Assembly (NCBI GenBank): GCA_964016885.1
Contig: OZ024742.1
Location: 158,038,001-158,102,000, forward strand
Direction of reading: 5' to 3'
Length of the DNA: 64,000 bases
Source: Eledone cirrhosa
Lineage: Eukaryota
Part shown: positions 1 through 19,004 of the stretch, piece after piece
Numbering within the stretch: position 1 is the stretch's first letter
Layout: each line of letters starts with the position of its first letter
Made by a program: the position numbers and the translations under genes
Notes under the pieces: model-generated
Seen by the model: only the letters and a program-made list of their open reading frames with translations
Told to the model about the DNA's origin: nothing
Databases searched by the model: none

Positions 1-59
1 GGGTAATAGAAGAATAATAGTTAGCAATATCAAGTTGAATAAACTTATTATTATTGTTA

Positions 60-672
60 TATTTAATTTGCTTAAACCACTCTCTCTATATAACGGCTGT
101 TTTCTCTCCTAACCACATATATCTCTCTTTACATTAATACTAGAGCTAAATAAATAAATAAATAAATAAATGTATCATTGATACGTCATTCAACTGATGC
201 TCAACTACCTACTTTCTCTATCTATATCTATCTATCTCTATCTATTACCTCTCTCTATATATCTATCTCTGTTTCTTTACATGAAGTTATTCTCTTTATC
301 TATCTTTCTATCTCTCTCTATTTAGTTGCATGCATTTCTTCTTTTTCTTCGTTTTTCTTTCTTTCTTTCTTTCTTTTTACAACTGTCCATAATATTTTTA
401 CTGCCAAATCAACTTTTCAAATGCAAGTCGATGTTGAAAGGTATGTCGAATCTATTTATTTATAAGACTGTCTGTATTGTATTTTGTCTGAAGAAGGCAT
501 AACATATTGTTAATATGATATCCCTGAAATATATATAATGAAATAAATATGGTTTTATAAATATAATTTCCATTTATTTAATATCGTAAATATACTCCAA
601 ATACTTGTTGAGTGCTTTTATATCAGTTATAAATATTTACTCGTTGTAACCCAACAATTTAAATATAACTTT

Positions 673-674
<2 letters not shown>
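60..674 (+). mobile_element. Penelope-like pseudo-LTR copy (same family as element 33637-37628), ending in (AT)n
   Basis: Near-identical to 37085-37628 (direct) and 33637-34230 (inverted); contains the hammerhead motif at 481-544. Confidence 0.8.
481..544 (+). ncRNA. minimal type I hammerhead ribozyme motif (family A)
   Basis: attttgt-CTGAAGA-agg..catatt/aatatg..cct-GAAA-T-ATAT-ATA-atgaaat; stem I has two G-U pairs; stem III loop is palindromic. Confidence 0.65.
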
Positions 675-717
<43 letters not shown>

Positions 718-1169
718 GGTGTGGGTGTGTGTGTGTGTGTGTTCGTGAGTGTGCATGAGTGTGTGTGTCTGGATATCTCTCTATATATACACCAGAGTTC
801 ATTTTACAGTCTCCTTCTCAACAAGTAAGATGAAAAAAACTTACTCAACACTTGAATTTAAATATTTAATTTTTAGTTTTTAATTCTTATTAATACTCTT
901 TAATTGTAAAACTCAACATTTGATGAGATGAATTTTACTAATATTTAAAACCGGTAATAGGTTATATAATTTAAATACATTACAAAACTCATTTTTAAAT
1001 GAATTTACCCTCTCATTTTGTCAATAATGTCACTTTGACGAAAAAGAAAAAAGATCCTTAAATATATTTTCCGTGCTATTTCCTATCTCACTTTTTCTCT
1101 ATAACCATTGTTTTGTATAGAGCCTTACTTCCCTTTTCATATATAGGAACGATCGACTTTCGTCAAATC

Positions 1170-1360
1170 GGGCCGAGGGAACAATGTTTCCGTTGGTCTT
1201 TCCAATTGCTAATACTATCTATCGGTCGCAACTCCAGGTAGAAGGAGCAACGTGAAATAGAGTGTCTTGCTCAAGGACATAACGCATCGCCTGGTCCAGG
1301 AATCGAACTCACAACCTTACGATTGCGAATCCATTTCTCTAACCACTCAGCTACACGCCT
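1170..1360 (-). mobile_element. tRNA-derived SINE, family 2
   Basis: Reverse complement reads ggcgtgtagctgagtggttaga..gagttcgattcc (A/B boxes) then ccttgagcaagacact; similar to 24414 and 31139. Confidence 0.75.
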
Positions 1361-1361
1361 T

Positions 1362-2841
<1,480 letters not shown>

Positions 2842-3290
2842 CCTGCCCTCTTTGGCAATAAATAATTCCAGCCTTGACTATCAACGCATCGCTTAAGGTG
2901 GTCGCTTTTGATTAAGATATCTACAAACTACTCTCTCCCATTTCTCCAACCCTGCATATCTCTCTCTCCCTCTCCCGTTCTTTTCTCTCTTCCTTTTCTA
3001 ATCTATCCTCCCCAACAACCTCACTTATGGGTATTTATATTGTACATTTTAACCATTCTGCTCTGATGACACAGTGGTCACAGCATTTGATAATTGAGTT
3101 TTGCAAATCGTTATAAATTTGCACAGGTAGACATCATAAACAGGTAATTTATTCTGTGTGCTTACAAATGTTTCCTAAGCGTGGAAACATTTGTAAGCAC
3201 ACAGAATAAATTACCTGTTTATGATGGCTACCTGTTATTATTCATTCTTTATATATATATATGTATGAATAAAGTTAGTCCTTCATCAGT

Positions 3291-3685
3291 GATCTTACAA
3301 CCTTCATTGGTATTTCATCGCTTTTGATAATTGAGTTTTGCAAATCGTTATAAATTGGTATTTCATCATTGGTATTTCATCATTGGTATTTCATCGCATT
3401 TGATAATTGAGTTTTGCAAATCGTTATAAATTTGATCTTACAACCTTCATTGGTATTTCATCGCTTTTGATAATTGAGTTTTGCAAATCGTTATAAATTG
3501 GTATTTCATCATTGGTATTTCATCATTGGTATTTCATCGCATTTGATAATTGAGTTTTGCAAATCGTTATAAATTTGATCTTACAACCTTCATTGGTATT
3601 TCATCGCTTTTGATAATTGAGTTTTGCAAATCGTTATAAATTGGTATTTCATCATTGGTATTTCATCATTGGTAGTTCATCGCTT
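3291..3685. repeat. 143-bp tandem repeat (~2.8 copies) built from 14-bp and ~35-bp subunits
   Basis: gatcttacaacc at 3291, 3434 and 3577; internal attggtatttcatc repeats. Confidence 0.9.
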
Positions 3686-3909
3686 TAAAGACCATATACC
3701 TCCGGTTGGTGCGAGCAACGGCTAAAGAAAGTCGTTAGGACACGTAAATAAGGGGAACGAGCGAGACTGTAAACAATCAAAGATGGTTATGCAACGAAAT
3801 GTGAGGAAGAAGGAGTCAAGTCCTTGAAATCGATGAACATAAGTTCTGTGAAAACGTGGACGAGAGAGAATAATAATAATAATATATATATATACATACA
3901 TATATATAC

Positions 3910-5093
3910 GTATACATATCAGAACAATTAGAAGACAGCAACCTCTTAACCCTGATAATGTACTCCCGCTACGTTGATGATATAAACATCGTAGTAAAAA
4001 CACCCCCACTAGAGAACAGTCAGGAATTAGAGAAAAACACCATGGAAAGCATCCAGCAAATAGCTAACTCCATCCACCAGAGTATTAGAGTTACTATAGA
4101 CTACCCAAGCAAACACCCCAAACATCGATTACCTGTACTAGACACAAAGCTCTGGTTAGAAACCATTAATAACAAAAAACAAATCCTCCTTTCCCATTAT
4201 GCCAACCCCATGACGCCCAAATATCTGATCCACCGAAACTCAGCTGTTTCGAATCAAACCAAAATCAACATTCTGATTGCGGATTTGGTACGGGTGATGA
4301 GAAACGTGTCCCGCATGTGCAACCCCAAATAACTAGAGAGACACATACAACACTTCATCCACCGTATGCAGTTCTCTGGTTACAATCAGAGAGATAAAAT
4401 CAGAGTATATAGAGGAGCCAGAACCAAATGGGGAAAAATGGTAAATAATGATACAAATGGGATCTGCCCCTTGTATAGGAGCAAATTTTGGAATAGAATA
4501 GAAAGAACTATGAGAAAGGTTAATAGAATAAACTCATGGTATGATAGTAATAAATACCAGAGTGTAATGTTCATCAATACAACCCCTAGAGGGGAATTAG
4601 CTTACAAATTTAGAAGGGCCCTAGATAAACCTAAACTTAATATTAAGATAGTAGAAAAACCAGGTACCTCCATAAAAACACTTATTAGCAATACGTACCC
4701 TTTTCAAAGACCTCCCTGTATAGATAAGAAATGCATAATCTGTAAATCAAGCCCCCATATTAACTGTAAAACTAGAAATGTGAGTATATAGCATAAGATG
4801 TACTGAAGGACAATGTAAAGATAAGAATATAGTGTACATAGGTGAGACAGCTCGTAGAACGGTTAAATGAACACTGGCGAGAACTTCAAGATAAAAAAGA
4901 ATCAACAATACTCCACCAACATGCTAAGATAGAACATAAGGGCAAATTAGAGAACATAGAAATAAAAATCGAATCTACACACAGAAAAGACGCAGTGTTT
5001 AGACAAATCACAGAGGCAATAAACATAAATGAACTCCAACCAAAATTAAATAGAAAGCATGAATGGAATAGCAACATCACAACTTACAATTAA
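3910..5093 (+). pseudogene. 5'-truncated Penelope-like element ORF: RT C-terminal part plus GIY-YIG endonuclease
   Basis: YSRYVDDINIV (RT motif C), LPVLDTKLW, Cys-rich linker, then VYSIRC..VYIGETAR..EH..H..EAI; in-frame TAA at 4330 and frameshifts near 4783 and 4855. Confidence 0.88.
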
Positions 5094-5545
5094 GGACAAA
5101 ATGAAAACACACACACAAATAGAACAAACAACCAACCAGTAACATGTAAATAAACAAATAAATAAACAAATAAAAGCATATACAGACACCCGGATGTGAC
5201 ACATGCGCAAACTAATCACACAACACACACAAAAACAAGAAGGCGTATGACAGAACAAAGGAGAGGCACAAAACAAAGAAAAGAATCCCCAGTCACTGAA
5301 AAGGTCCCAGAATGTGTGACGAAAGAACTTTGACAATATATGAACAACCGCCCGGTTATGGAACCAACCAACCAACCGGAAATTTATAAATTCTTAAATT
5401 TATTACTTTAATTTATAATAAATTAGAGTGAAAGCAGCTGGTGCGTGTGTTTCTTATGGAAACATGACCCTCCCAAAGCATAACAATATCGGTTTCAACA
5501 CAAGTTTTCCGATAAAGAATCTTACTAAACAAATTCAGAAACGAA
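5094..5545 (+). mobile_element. 3' pseudo-LTR of the Penelope-like element, with a hammerhead-like core at 5292-5334 (family B)
   Basis: Follows the EN stop and ends at (AT)n; homologous copies at 38105-38270, 38915-39470 and 53570-54262. Confidence 0.75.
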
Positions 5546-5899
5546 ATATATATATATATATAATTTATTTTATTATTATTTCCCTATTTATACTTTTAAC
5601 TAGGCTCTCTCCTTTTGTCATTATGATTCTGTAAACGTATTTTGTAAATTTGAAATGAATAAATTATATTTTAAGAGCATAAAGTGCACAGCATAGAATA
5701 TATATTTTATTTTGTAGCTATAATTATTGATTTATGGTCTATGCGAAGTCACATGACCCGGTATTTAGCCTATATGTTTACTTGCATCCGCTGTTATAAC
5801 ACCCAGTGCACCAATTATTATTGGTGTTTCACATCATTTTCAAGTTCTTTTAGATTCATTGCGATTCCTCTTCATTCAAGCGGATAGCTTAGGTGGAAA

Positions 5900-6270
5900 T
5901 AATGGAGATATTTATTAAATCATAGGATTTATCATGTTGACTGAGGTAATGATATCTGAGCGTTTCTCTGCTTATTTATTTATCATTCTCTTCATGAGTA
6001 TCGTAGTCATGTCCATTTATTGTAACGGACTTGATACGTGCTTATAGCATTTACTTTTCAGCTTATAACGCGAGGGCGGTGGTTAAAATGAGTAGAAAGA
6101 CGAGTAGTAGAGGCAAGCGTAGGGGGAGCGAGTCATATACACTTGGTGTATATGACTACCTCGCTAGCCAGCCTATGGATATATTGTATTTTAGAGAACT
6201 AGGCAGTCGGAAATAATGTGGTTGATTATTTCTTTATGCCGATTGCAGTAATATCGATGTGTTTACATTG
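5900..6270 (-). mobile_element. degenerate R4/Dong-like (RLE) non-LTR fragment
   Basis: Minus-strand translation YCNRHKEIINHIISDCLVL matches the CCHC knuckle upstream of the RLE domain. Confidence 0.5.
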
Positions 6271-7469
6271 CAGTGTTATTGATTTTGCATTATATTATTA
6301 TTATTAATATTATTACTATTATTATTATTATTATTGATGTTGCGTTATTCATTACATCTGTCTTTGTTATTGCAATCTTTATATTACATTCCGGTTAATG
6401 AATTAGCGAAAACAATATTTCTTTCTTCCCTTTCAGGAAAAGGCAGAGTGAAGTAGTGTGGGCGGTGAAAACTAAAGAATTGTGATTATTTCTTTTTTAT
6501 ATGTACGGGTTTGATGGGTATATGTGTTAAGGCAGTATTGATTGCATCATACTGTTTGTTGTTGTTTATTGTTTTCCCCTATGACTCTTTGTTTTCTAGA
6601 CAATAGAGTGAGCTTTTACATATGGTGTATATACTACTTAGAATTACGATAATTTTTTTTTATTTCTTCGGTTAAAGAATGGACAACATATTTTTTCTAA
6701 CCTTATGGTTTTTTTCCTTTTTTCTTAGAGATGCTATTTTTTTTTTTTTTTTTTTAGACTTCACAGAAACAACCATACACCACGTTAAATATTATCTCGA
6801 TATTTATGTCTTTATATTTCAAAATATTTTCAGCTTTGTTTATGTCCATGTTTGTTTGCGAGAAAGCTGATTTAAACATAAATGTATAGATATATATATA
6901 TTATGTGTGTGTGTGTGCGTGTGTGTATGTGAGTGTGTGTGTGTGTATGTTTGTATACATTTATAAATATACATATATATATGTGTGTGTGTGTGTATGT
7001 ATGTACGTATATGTGTTTGTGTGTGTATTTGTGTTTATGAGAGTGTATGAATGGATGTTTGGGCAGATATTATTCCGTATCATTTAATGTATTTCGTCAT
7101 TTATTATTATATATGATCGGTTATAAAGTAATGCAACTGTCAAAAATATTTTGATAATACATAAATCGATATACATACTTAACATACTTGTACTCACAGA
7201 CTAGCATCCAAACATGTGCAGTCCTAGAGTACACTTCAAACAGCATACACTAGAGCTTAAACCTGCCTGGAAGCAATGGTTTGTATATCATTGAAAGACA
7301 ACTGCCAGCTATCCTTTGATGTTTAATTCCTTCAACACTGTCATTAATTGACCCATACTACAGCCTCCCCAGGTTCTTCACCGGCTTCTTTACTATTGTT
7401 GGCATGACAGATTTTTCAGTCTCGTTCTCCGCTTCATTTTACCCGAGGAATCATTCCCTTCCACAAGAT

Positions 7470-8060
7470 AGATGGAAAAAAGCTGATGTTGATGAACTGC
7501 ACACGAAATGGAGGTGGAAGATCTGTGATCAGTTTTGAGGAATGCGTTGCAAAGAAAGAATAGTTTTAGTATAACCACATATCAGAATGTGAAACAGAAA
7601 TACCGAGAGCGATGATGAATAAAAAAAATATAAGCGCCAAAGTTATAAGGGAAAGCTGGAAGGAAATACTGGAATAGAACGCATGGAGCTTTTTCCGTTC
7701 AACACACAACGCCTTTAGAAGCAGTCGGAGATATGATATGTTATCGAAAGTGGATTTGGAGAAGAGAGAAACAGCTATAATGACAGGCCAAGAACAAGCC
7801 ATAAGGAATCGAGTAATCAGTAAACATCTAGACAGGGATGATATATTGTCACTACGTTCATATTGTGATAAAGAGAAGAGACTGTGTCTTACTTAGTATA
7901 CAAGGCTAGCTCAGGAACTATACAAGGGCAGGGAGCATGGCAGAATTACATCAGTCATAAAGCTGAATTTGTGTAGGCCACGCAGTACAGAAACAAATAA
8001 TAATTGGTTTGAACATAGAATAGCGACGGTTCGCGAAAGAATAACATTAAAATCAAATGA
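7470..8060 (+). mobile_element. degenerate R4/Dong-like non-LTR retrotransposon, C-terminal region
   Basis: Frame-hopping translation ADVDELH..GGRS..DLEKRETAIMTGQEQAIRNR..LAQELYK..H, typical of R4/Dong ORF ends. Confidence 0.65.
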
Positions 8061-8299
8061 AACCATAGTTGTACAATAGAGGCGTACGGAATGTCTCCAT
8101 AGATTTTTGGGACTGCGTCCTTAGAAAGTCTCCTAATGAATCGGGAAATTTTTTTTTTAGGTGTGTATATGTGTTTGTATGATTTGCATGATTGTATATT
8201 TGTAGGCAGTGTGATTTGAGGGGAAAGGAGTAATAAACTGTGTTTGCCTAATTGTGGTGGTATGTTGTAAGTTATTCAATAGTTGTGTGTTGTTGGTGT

Positions 8300-9490
8300 T
8301 TATTGTTGAGTACTTTGTGATATTTGCTTTTGTGTTTTTTTTTAGATAATAATGTTTTTAACTGCCTGGTCAGCATGGTGAAAGACGTAGTACGGTAGAC
8401 GAGCTTCAAAGTGTTGAGGATAAGCTCTATTTCAGCGATCTTCAGAATAGACACAATAAACCCACAAGACAGCAATGGGAGGATGCTCCTGTTAGGTGCA
8501 GGATGCTCTTGTTGCACTACGCTTATCTGGAACAGTCCCAGCTGACGACACTTTAATGTCTGAGGAGTTCATCTATGGAGGCACTGCTCCCCAGTAACAC
8601 TGCCAGGCCAGGTATTTATGAACAGCTAGTCCCCTGGAAAAGAGTTATTAGTTAATTTTAGCCTCATCACATTTTTCGGCTACTAAACCTCTCAAGAACA
8701 ACAAGTTTTAAATGACTGTAATACTCACTTGACTGAGGGATATGAGCACACGAAATCCTTTCAATTTCCAATCGCTCCCTCTTGGATTTCTCCTGAGTCT
8801 GACTACACTTCAGTCAAAGAGACGAGCTGGAAAAACTCTAGTCTAGGAAACAGTGATCTGATATGTTTACCGTCAAGTAAAGCCTGGAGATATCTGCATA
8901 TCATTAGCCACAGCATACCCAGTAGCATATGAACCACCTCAATAGCCGAATGCTTCACGTCAACAAAAGGCGAAAACTCAGGCGGTTAGGACATTTAACA
9001 GGGCAATGCGCCACGGCTTGTCTGTACTGATGATGAACAAAATACAGGAGGTTCACGCGTCGAGTCGACGTTTCAATGAGTCCCAGTAAACGGCGAGATG
9101 TTCGAAGAAAAGCTTCCTGACGCCTAAAGCATGACGTTAGCAATCATTCACACCCAGAACCGCAATTTTACCGTCCTGTAACTGAACGATTATCCGTGCG
9201 TCGAAGATCAGACCATTCCAAAACATTACTGACACCACCCCTCCTCCCAAGCCGACTAGGAAATGCGGTGATATCTTTATTATTAGTAGTATTATTATTA
9301 TTGTTGCGGTGGGTTGACAGTATTGGTAGAGCGTCAGACACCATGCTTTGCAACATAGAGTTATGACACTTTGCATTCTGAGTATTGCATGCGTGCCGTA
9401 AATAGTGGTCTCACTGACGGCTGTAACATCCATAGCATGTTACATGAGTTCGGTGAGTTTGTCTAACGCGGGGCACGCGCATTTATACAC
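8300..9490 (-). mobile_element. degenerate L1/Tx1-like LINE fragment (AP endonuclease region)
   Basis: INAR..MDVTAVSET and GGGVVSV..DGKIAVL resemble APE motifs; interrupted by a SINE piece at ~9305-9390. Confidence 0.55.
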
Positions 9491-9619
9491 TCTATACCTA
9501 AAACCACCCTGTTTGCCGGAAAGAGTATGAGTAAAAGAAATGGGGGTCACTTACCTTCCTTTGGAGATATGATGGCTCAGTCACGATATCAGGCTGGAGC
9601 TTCTTTATTCCACTTTACA

Positions 9620-9908
9620 AGGTGGTTGGTTTTTACAGTTTTCGAAATAAAATAAGGGTGAGGGTTGCAAAATAAATGCAGAATTAGCCCTCAAACCTAA
9701 AACGAAGGTGCAAGAAAAGATTGAAAGGTACCATAATCTTGCAAAGAAGATTATATAAAGTAATTCCCATTGTGTACCATTGATCCAAAAGTCTGCATTA
9801 CTGAGTACAGCAAGAATAATCAGAGAGGTAGTTGAGCTACTTAAGGACAAATATTCCAGGTATTTGTGAAAAGCAGCATAAAAAAAGGACAGCAATAATA
9901 ACAATAAT
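9620..9908 (+). mobile_element. 3' end of an R4/Dong-like element
   Basis: EKIERYHNL..KVIPI..IQKSALLSTARIIREV (RLE C-terminus) followed by a TAA-rich tail; probable continuation of 7470-8060. Confidence 0.65.
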
Positions 9909-9911
9909 CAT

Positions 9912-10500
9912 GTTTCTGATTTCGCCACAAGGCCAACAATTTTATGGTGGGGGAAAGTCTATTAAATCGAACCGAGTCTATTAATGGCGGTTTATTTTAT
10001 CGACCCACGGTTGGATTTGAACTCTGTAAAGGACCGTAATTCCTTGCAGCAAAGCATGAGGTCCGACGCTCCACCGATACTGCCAATAATAATAATAATT
10101 GTTTTTGATTTAAGCACAAGGCCATCAATTTGAAGGGGAGGGAAAGTCGATTAAATCGACCGCAAATGCAACAATTGGCAGTATCGGTAGAGGGTCGGAC
10201 ATGCTTTCCAGCGTAGTTACGTCCCTTTACGATCTAAGTTCAAATCCCGTCGTGGTTACGGGGTCGATAAAATAAAGTACCAGTAATGTACTGGTTAAGT
10301 GCTGCCCTTGTGCCAAAAGTAGAAACAATTATTTATCATGGTGCATTATTTATGATGCATTATTTAAGATGGTGCATTATTTATGATGAAAGGCAAAGTT
10401 GATCACGGTGTGATTTGAACTAAGACCGTAAATGGCCGTAACTCTATGCTGCAAAGCATCGCATCCGACCATCTACTGATACTGCCAATCCACCGCACTA
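9912..10500. mobile_element. cluster of 3-4 SINE family 1 copies in both orientations
   Basis: ggcagtatcggtagag..gttcaaatccc..ggggtcgataaaataaagtaccag..ccttgtgcc motifs. Confidence 0.8.
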
Positions 10501-10842
10501 ATAATAGTAATGTGTCACGATATTAAATTGGTCTATATTATAAGGGTGTTACAGGTTTCTTGACTTAAGGTTGAAAGCGGTTTCCTCATCTAAAATGATA
10601 GTTCTTTGACATCCAATACCGCAAAACAACAGAGATTGTAAATAGTTGAACTTTTGTATCGATAACATCATTTAGACCAACAGTGTATATTAGCAAACAA
10701 GGCAATATATATTTATGTTCATGTACATATATTTATTAAGCACATGTCTATAATATACATACATACATACATAAATACATAAATACATACGTACATATAT
10801 ACATACACACATACATACATACATACATACATACATAATACA

Positions 10843-11452
10843 TGGTGGCTGCCAACTCGTTTTCGAGTACGGCCACTACTTTACATCCATGTAAGATAAC
10901 CCCTACCGAAGCGCTGAACGAGTGTGACTTTTTAGTCCAGCCAGCGACTTGAAACCTCTGGTACAAACACTACACTTGTGACAATTATTGACACATAGTG
11001 CTGGGCCCATGGTACCATGTGACGACAAGTGCAGAGAGATCTCCAGATATAAAGCAATGCCTGTGCCGTGAAGCTTTTATAGTGAGCAAAGGCACTGCAC
11101 AAAGCCAGTCCCACTCTCTTAACCAAGATAATATTTACCAAAAAGAAGAACAAGTCAACATCATTGGATACCATCAGGGTTGCAGGTTTTATATCAGAGT
11201 TTTCCTTCTCCTAGAATTCTGCCTTGACAAAGGCTAAGGGGTCATTTCTCCCAGTGATTTTGGATGGCCATTGACTCTAAAGAGCTCCTTTGCCCTTTGA
11301 CAGGTTTTGTTTTTAGTCCTGCAGGATGTCCAAAGTCACCCTCCTCGCCAAGAAACCTTGGTGGGGTTGCCAGTTTAGTCGCCAACGACCCGACCATGGG
11401 ACAGGTTGTACTGGGATACATGTTACCAGTAGCACCAACTGGTGACCTGACA
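10843..11452. mobile_element. unclassified repeat (segments A+B), possibly the 5' region of an RTE-type LINE on the minus strand, inserted in (TACA)n
   Basis: A (10843-11026) recurs directly at 15028-15213; B (11029-11421) recurs inverted at 15215-15606. Confidence 0.6.
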
Positions 11453-15027
<3,575 letters not shown>

Positions 15028-15606
15028 ATGGTGGCTGCCAACTCGTTTTCGAGTACGGCCACTACTTTACATCCATGTAAGATAACCCCTACCGAAGCGC
15101 TGAACGAGTGTGACTTTTTAGTCCAGCCAGCGACTTGAAACCTCTGGTACAAACACTACACTTGTGACAATTATTGACACATAGTGCTGGGCCCATGGTA
15201 CCATGTGACGACAATGTATCCCAGTACAACCTGTCTCATGGTCGGGTCGTTGGCGACTAAACTGGCAACCCCACCAAGGTTTCTTGGTGAGGAGGGTGAC
15301 TTTGGACATCCTGCAGGACTAAAAACAAAACCTGTCAAAGGGCAAAGGAGCTCTTAAGAGTCAATGGCCATCCAAAATCACCGGGAGAGATGACCCCTTA
15401 GCCTTTGTCAAGGCAGAATTCTAGGAGAAGGAAAACTCTGATATAGCACCTGCAACCCTGATGGTATCCAATGATGTTGACTTGTTCTTCTTTTTGGTAA
15501 ATATCATCTTGGTTAAGAGAGTGGGACTGGCTTTGTGCAGTGCCTTTGCTCACTATAAAAGCTTCACGGCACAGGCATTGCTTTATATCTGGAGATCTCT
15601 CTGCAC
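15028..15606. mobile_element. second copy of the A+B repeat, with B inverted
   Basis: 15215 tgtatcccagtacaacctgtc is the reverse complement of 11400-11420. Confidence 0.7.
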
Positions 15607-15653
15607 ATAATACATAGATACATACATACATACATAATACATACATACATACA

Positions 15654-15705
<52 letters not shown>

Positions 15706-17559
15706 CATACAAACGAATATATACATCAATCAAGTCGTCTGGTTCCGCCAGCCTCACGGCAACGAGACACTATGTTTTTCGTACAGACATATATATTGTA
15801 TAAATATGTATGAATATGTATATTAGGTGTATGTACGTGTATATATATTTTTACAAGCATTTAAAGAAATATATCTACATATATATATATATATATGCTT
15901 GTGTGTGTACTTGTCTATAGTTATACCCACAAACACATAGACACACACACACACATACACACACATATAATTATATATATATACATATATATATATATGT
16001 GTCTGTGTGTGTGTATACTGCATATTTATCTGTTCGCTTATTTACGTATGTATGTGCATGTGTATTTATATTTATGTCTATGTATATATTTAAATTTATT
16101 TTATATAATGTGTGAATGATTGCATATACATTTGTATTTATATATGTATATATGTTCGTATTCAAATCAAATTTCTTGCCAAATGTTGATAATATTTATA
16201 CTCACTGTTTCCTGTCCAAATATTGATCTTAAGCTATTGTATATTTTTTATTGTATTCTATAATCAATTGTTAGCAGCTAGTATATAATTTACGGAAACT
16301 TATTTGCTACTTTACTCTTTGAATTATTTTTTATGTATTTATTTATCTACGTATTTATTCTTTCAATTCGTTTCACATTGTGAGCTTTACTCTTCCGTTC
16401 ATAGCTCTCATGAGAACCTAATTTTAATAGATTTTTTTTTACTTCGACGATAATCGATTATTGTTCTTAGTTTTATTCCTGTTGTTCTCATCAATGATGA
16501 AGTGTTGGTTTTGTTGTTAATTGTTATTTTTCTTGTTGTTTTTGCTGGTAATGTTGTAAAATGCAGCGTACTACTGTGTTGAAAGAATTTTCTTCTAATT
16601 TCTAAACAAACTTAGATTGCAAAGAATTATTTTATCCTCACTTCATTGGAACATTTTCCTATTTGAATTTATTTTCTTTTATTAATATTTGTTGTTGTTG
16701 TTGCTGGATAGAACACTAGATTCACGAGATATTTGTGTCTCAGAGAAAATTCCAGTAAACTAATTTATGATTAATTGTAGATATTAAATCTAAATATAAT
16801 TATAGAGCATAATATACTCACGCATGTGAGGGAATGTTTATTGATGCCAGCATTATACGTTCGGGTGATGTATGCATTCTGGCATTATTAATTATGAATA
16901 TGGTATCCCGTGTAATCAGTCAAATTCCAAGAACTGATCCACTTGCTCAGAAGAAATAACAGGAATTGTTTCCAAGTAAAAGAATTTTAAAATTTAGAGG
17001 CAGTATTCTACTTTAATAATATAAACGAACATATCAGGAAAATGATTGTACATTCTCGTAGAATGAATGGAAAATAGAAATAATTAGTTTCATTATTGTT
17101 TTAATGCAGACATTATATACTAACGCGTACTTATGCACGGTAATACACTCACACCCACTCATGCACATATTTCAGGTCTTTAGCGGATATACGTGTTTCA
17201 AAAACGCGTCTCTGAAACAGAGAGTTTTCAAGAAATAATCTCCTGCAAATGCACCTCAATTTCCATGCTTCAACACTCCATAAAATCATGAAGTTGTCAC
17301 ATCGATAGCTAAGATGTTCTTTACATATCTTCAAACGCACTCTCCCATTACACCTTTATCATATGATTTTTAACAGAAACACCGTCACATCTTCTTACAT
17401 GACTACCAATGCCTTCACCCAAATATCGCTTCCTCTAGTCTAGCTGAATTCAACTCTCGTAGAACATACACAAACAAGAAACAAACAGGAGCAGGCAATT
17501 TAACTAACTGTACCACCCGAATTACAACACATGCTGCTCTAAATATTGTAACAGAATAC

Positions 17560-18300
17560 TTGAACACAGTATACATAAATCTCATGACCTGTGAGACCAA
17601 AACGAGTTTTACTTGCATCAACACAGTTTTAGAATCCCATGCCGACAAATGCAACGATATTATCGGCCTATACATGGGACCTGCACCTTTCAAGTTGCAA
17701 TGGAGCATCATGACCAAACTACTTAATAGAATGAGGAACTCGTTAAATAGGATATATACCAAGATGCCTCAGCCTCAAATCTCTACAAGACCTCGGAAAA
17801 TAGGACCATTCGCTGTTACTACATCCAAACACACCAGACGTTTCTAGACACTTCAAAAAAATAGCACAATTACCAATACAAGTGATACCTAACACGCTCT
17901 CACAATCAAAAAATATGTGTGTAAGGGCTACCCTTACAAACAAAGATGTACCCAGACATCCCTGCATGAGTGCACAATTTAGCTAATCACAATACTAAAA
18001 CATTTTCTATACGGTAACTCTTACATTTGAGCAATTAAACGATGTCAAAAATATTGCTAAAGACTAACATAAACTAAAGACAATTAAATCGATACATTTA
18101 ATGGTATAGCAATAATTACATACATGGGCAATAGCGATGAGGTAATAATACACACATCTATATGCATAGACCAAATATCCACAACACAAACCTAAAAACA
18201 CTCATAAGAAACCCAGATGGCTACTAACAATCTAACAAACAGAGGAACCTGCTCCATTACACAACACTATGGTTCCAGAATGGAAACAATACAACATTAA
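17560..18300 (+). mobile_element. possible degenerate LINE ORF1 (gag-like, I/Nimb type)
   Basis: PFKLQWSI, LPIQVIPNTLSQSK and TVTLTFE loosely resemble the SPF..I / PH.TLN.SKG / LTF motifs of I-group ORF1; many stops. Confidence 0.3.
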
Positions 18301-18893
18301 TAGTTAGCCATCACTATAGACCATCACTAAATATTTATGGTGTAGGACATGAAATTAGACAACAGCCGACAACGTCACCAAACACCTTTCATTTTCCATC
18401 TCACCATGTATGTTTCTCAGATTTGATCACCCCCGCCCATGATTTATTTTTATTCATTTCCTTAGTGAATGGTTTCGCTGCAGAATCCCGATTTCCTAAC
18501 GTCAACCTAAATATCAAGGAAACCATAACCAGAGATTAATTTCTTATTTACTATCGAAACTGTAAAAGTTTGATCTTAAAGCAGAAAATCGATGTATGAG
18601 GAGAAACAGTCTCGGAGCTCAGTTAAGCATTTGTTTAATGGCCTAATGCTTTATACTGCATTGTGGGTTTATGCTCCTCGACGTAATTATTTATGTAATA
18701 GTCGGCCTAATATATTAAAACTCAGAGAGCCTGTAAAATCTTTATTTTATACGAATATATAGGATATATATGCACAAACATACACATATATATGGGTGTT
18801 TGTGTGTTCATATATATATATCATTTAAGATTTTTTTTATATTCGCTTCTCCTGCCTGCCGAAAATGTGATTCTCGCTGAATCTTTATTTATA

Positions 18894-18953
<60 letters not shown>

Positions 18954-19004
18954 TATGTATATGTATACGTATGTGTGTATAGATATATATATATAAACTC
19001 CTAT

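Noticed and set aside
3958-4791. Possible selenocysteine read-through as in Naiad-type Penelope elements
   Set aside because: The in-frame stop is TAA, not TGA; the endonuclease is C-terminal; frameshifts indicate decay
17415-17762. 115-aa ORF present twice (also 23564-23911)
   Set aside because: The duplication is explained by the inverted repeat; no domain recognised; probably antisense to a decayed LINE ORF1
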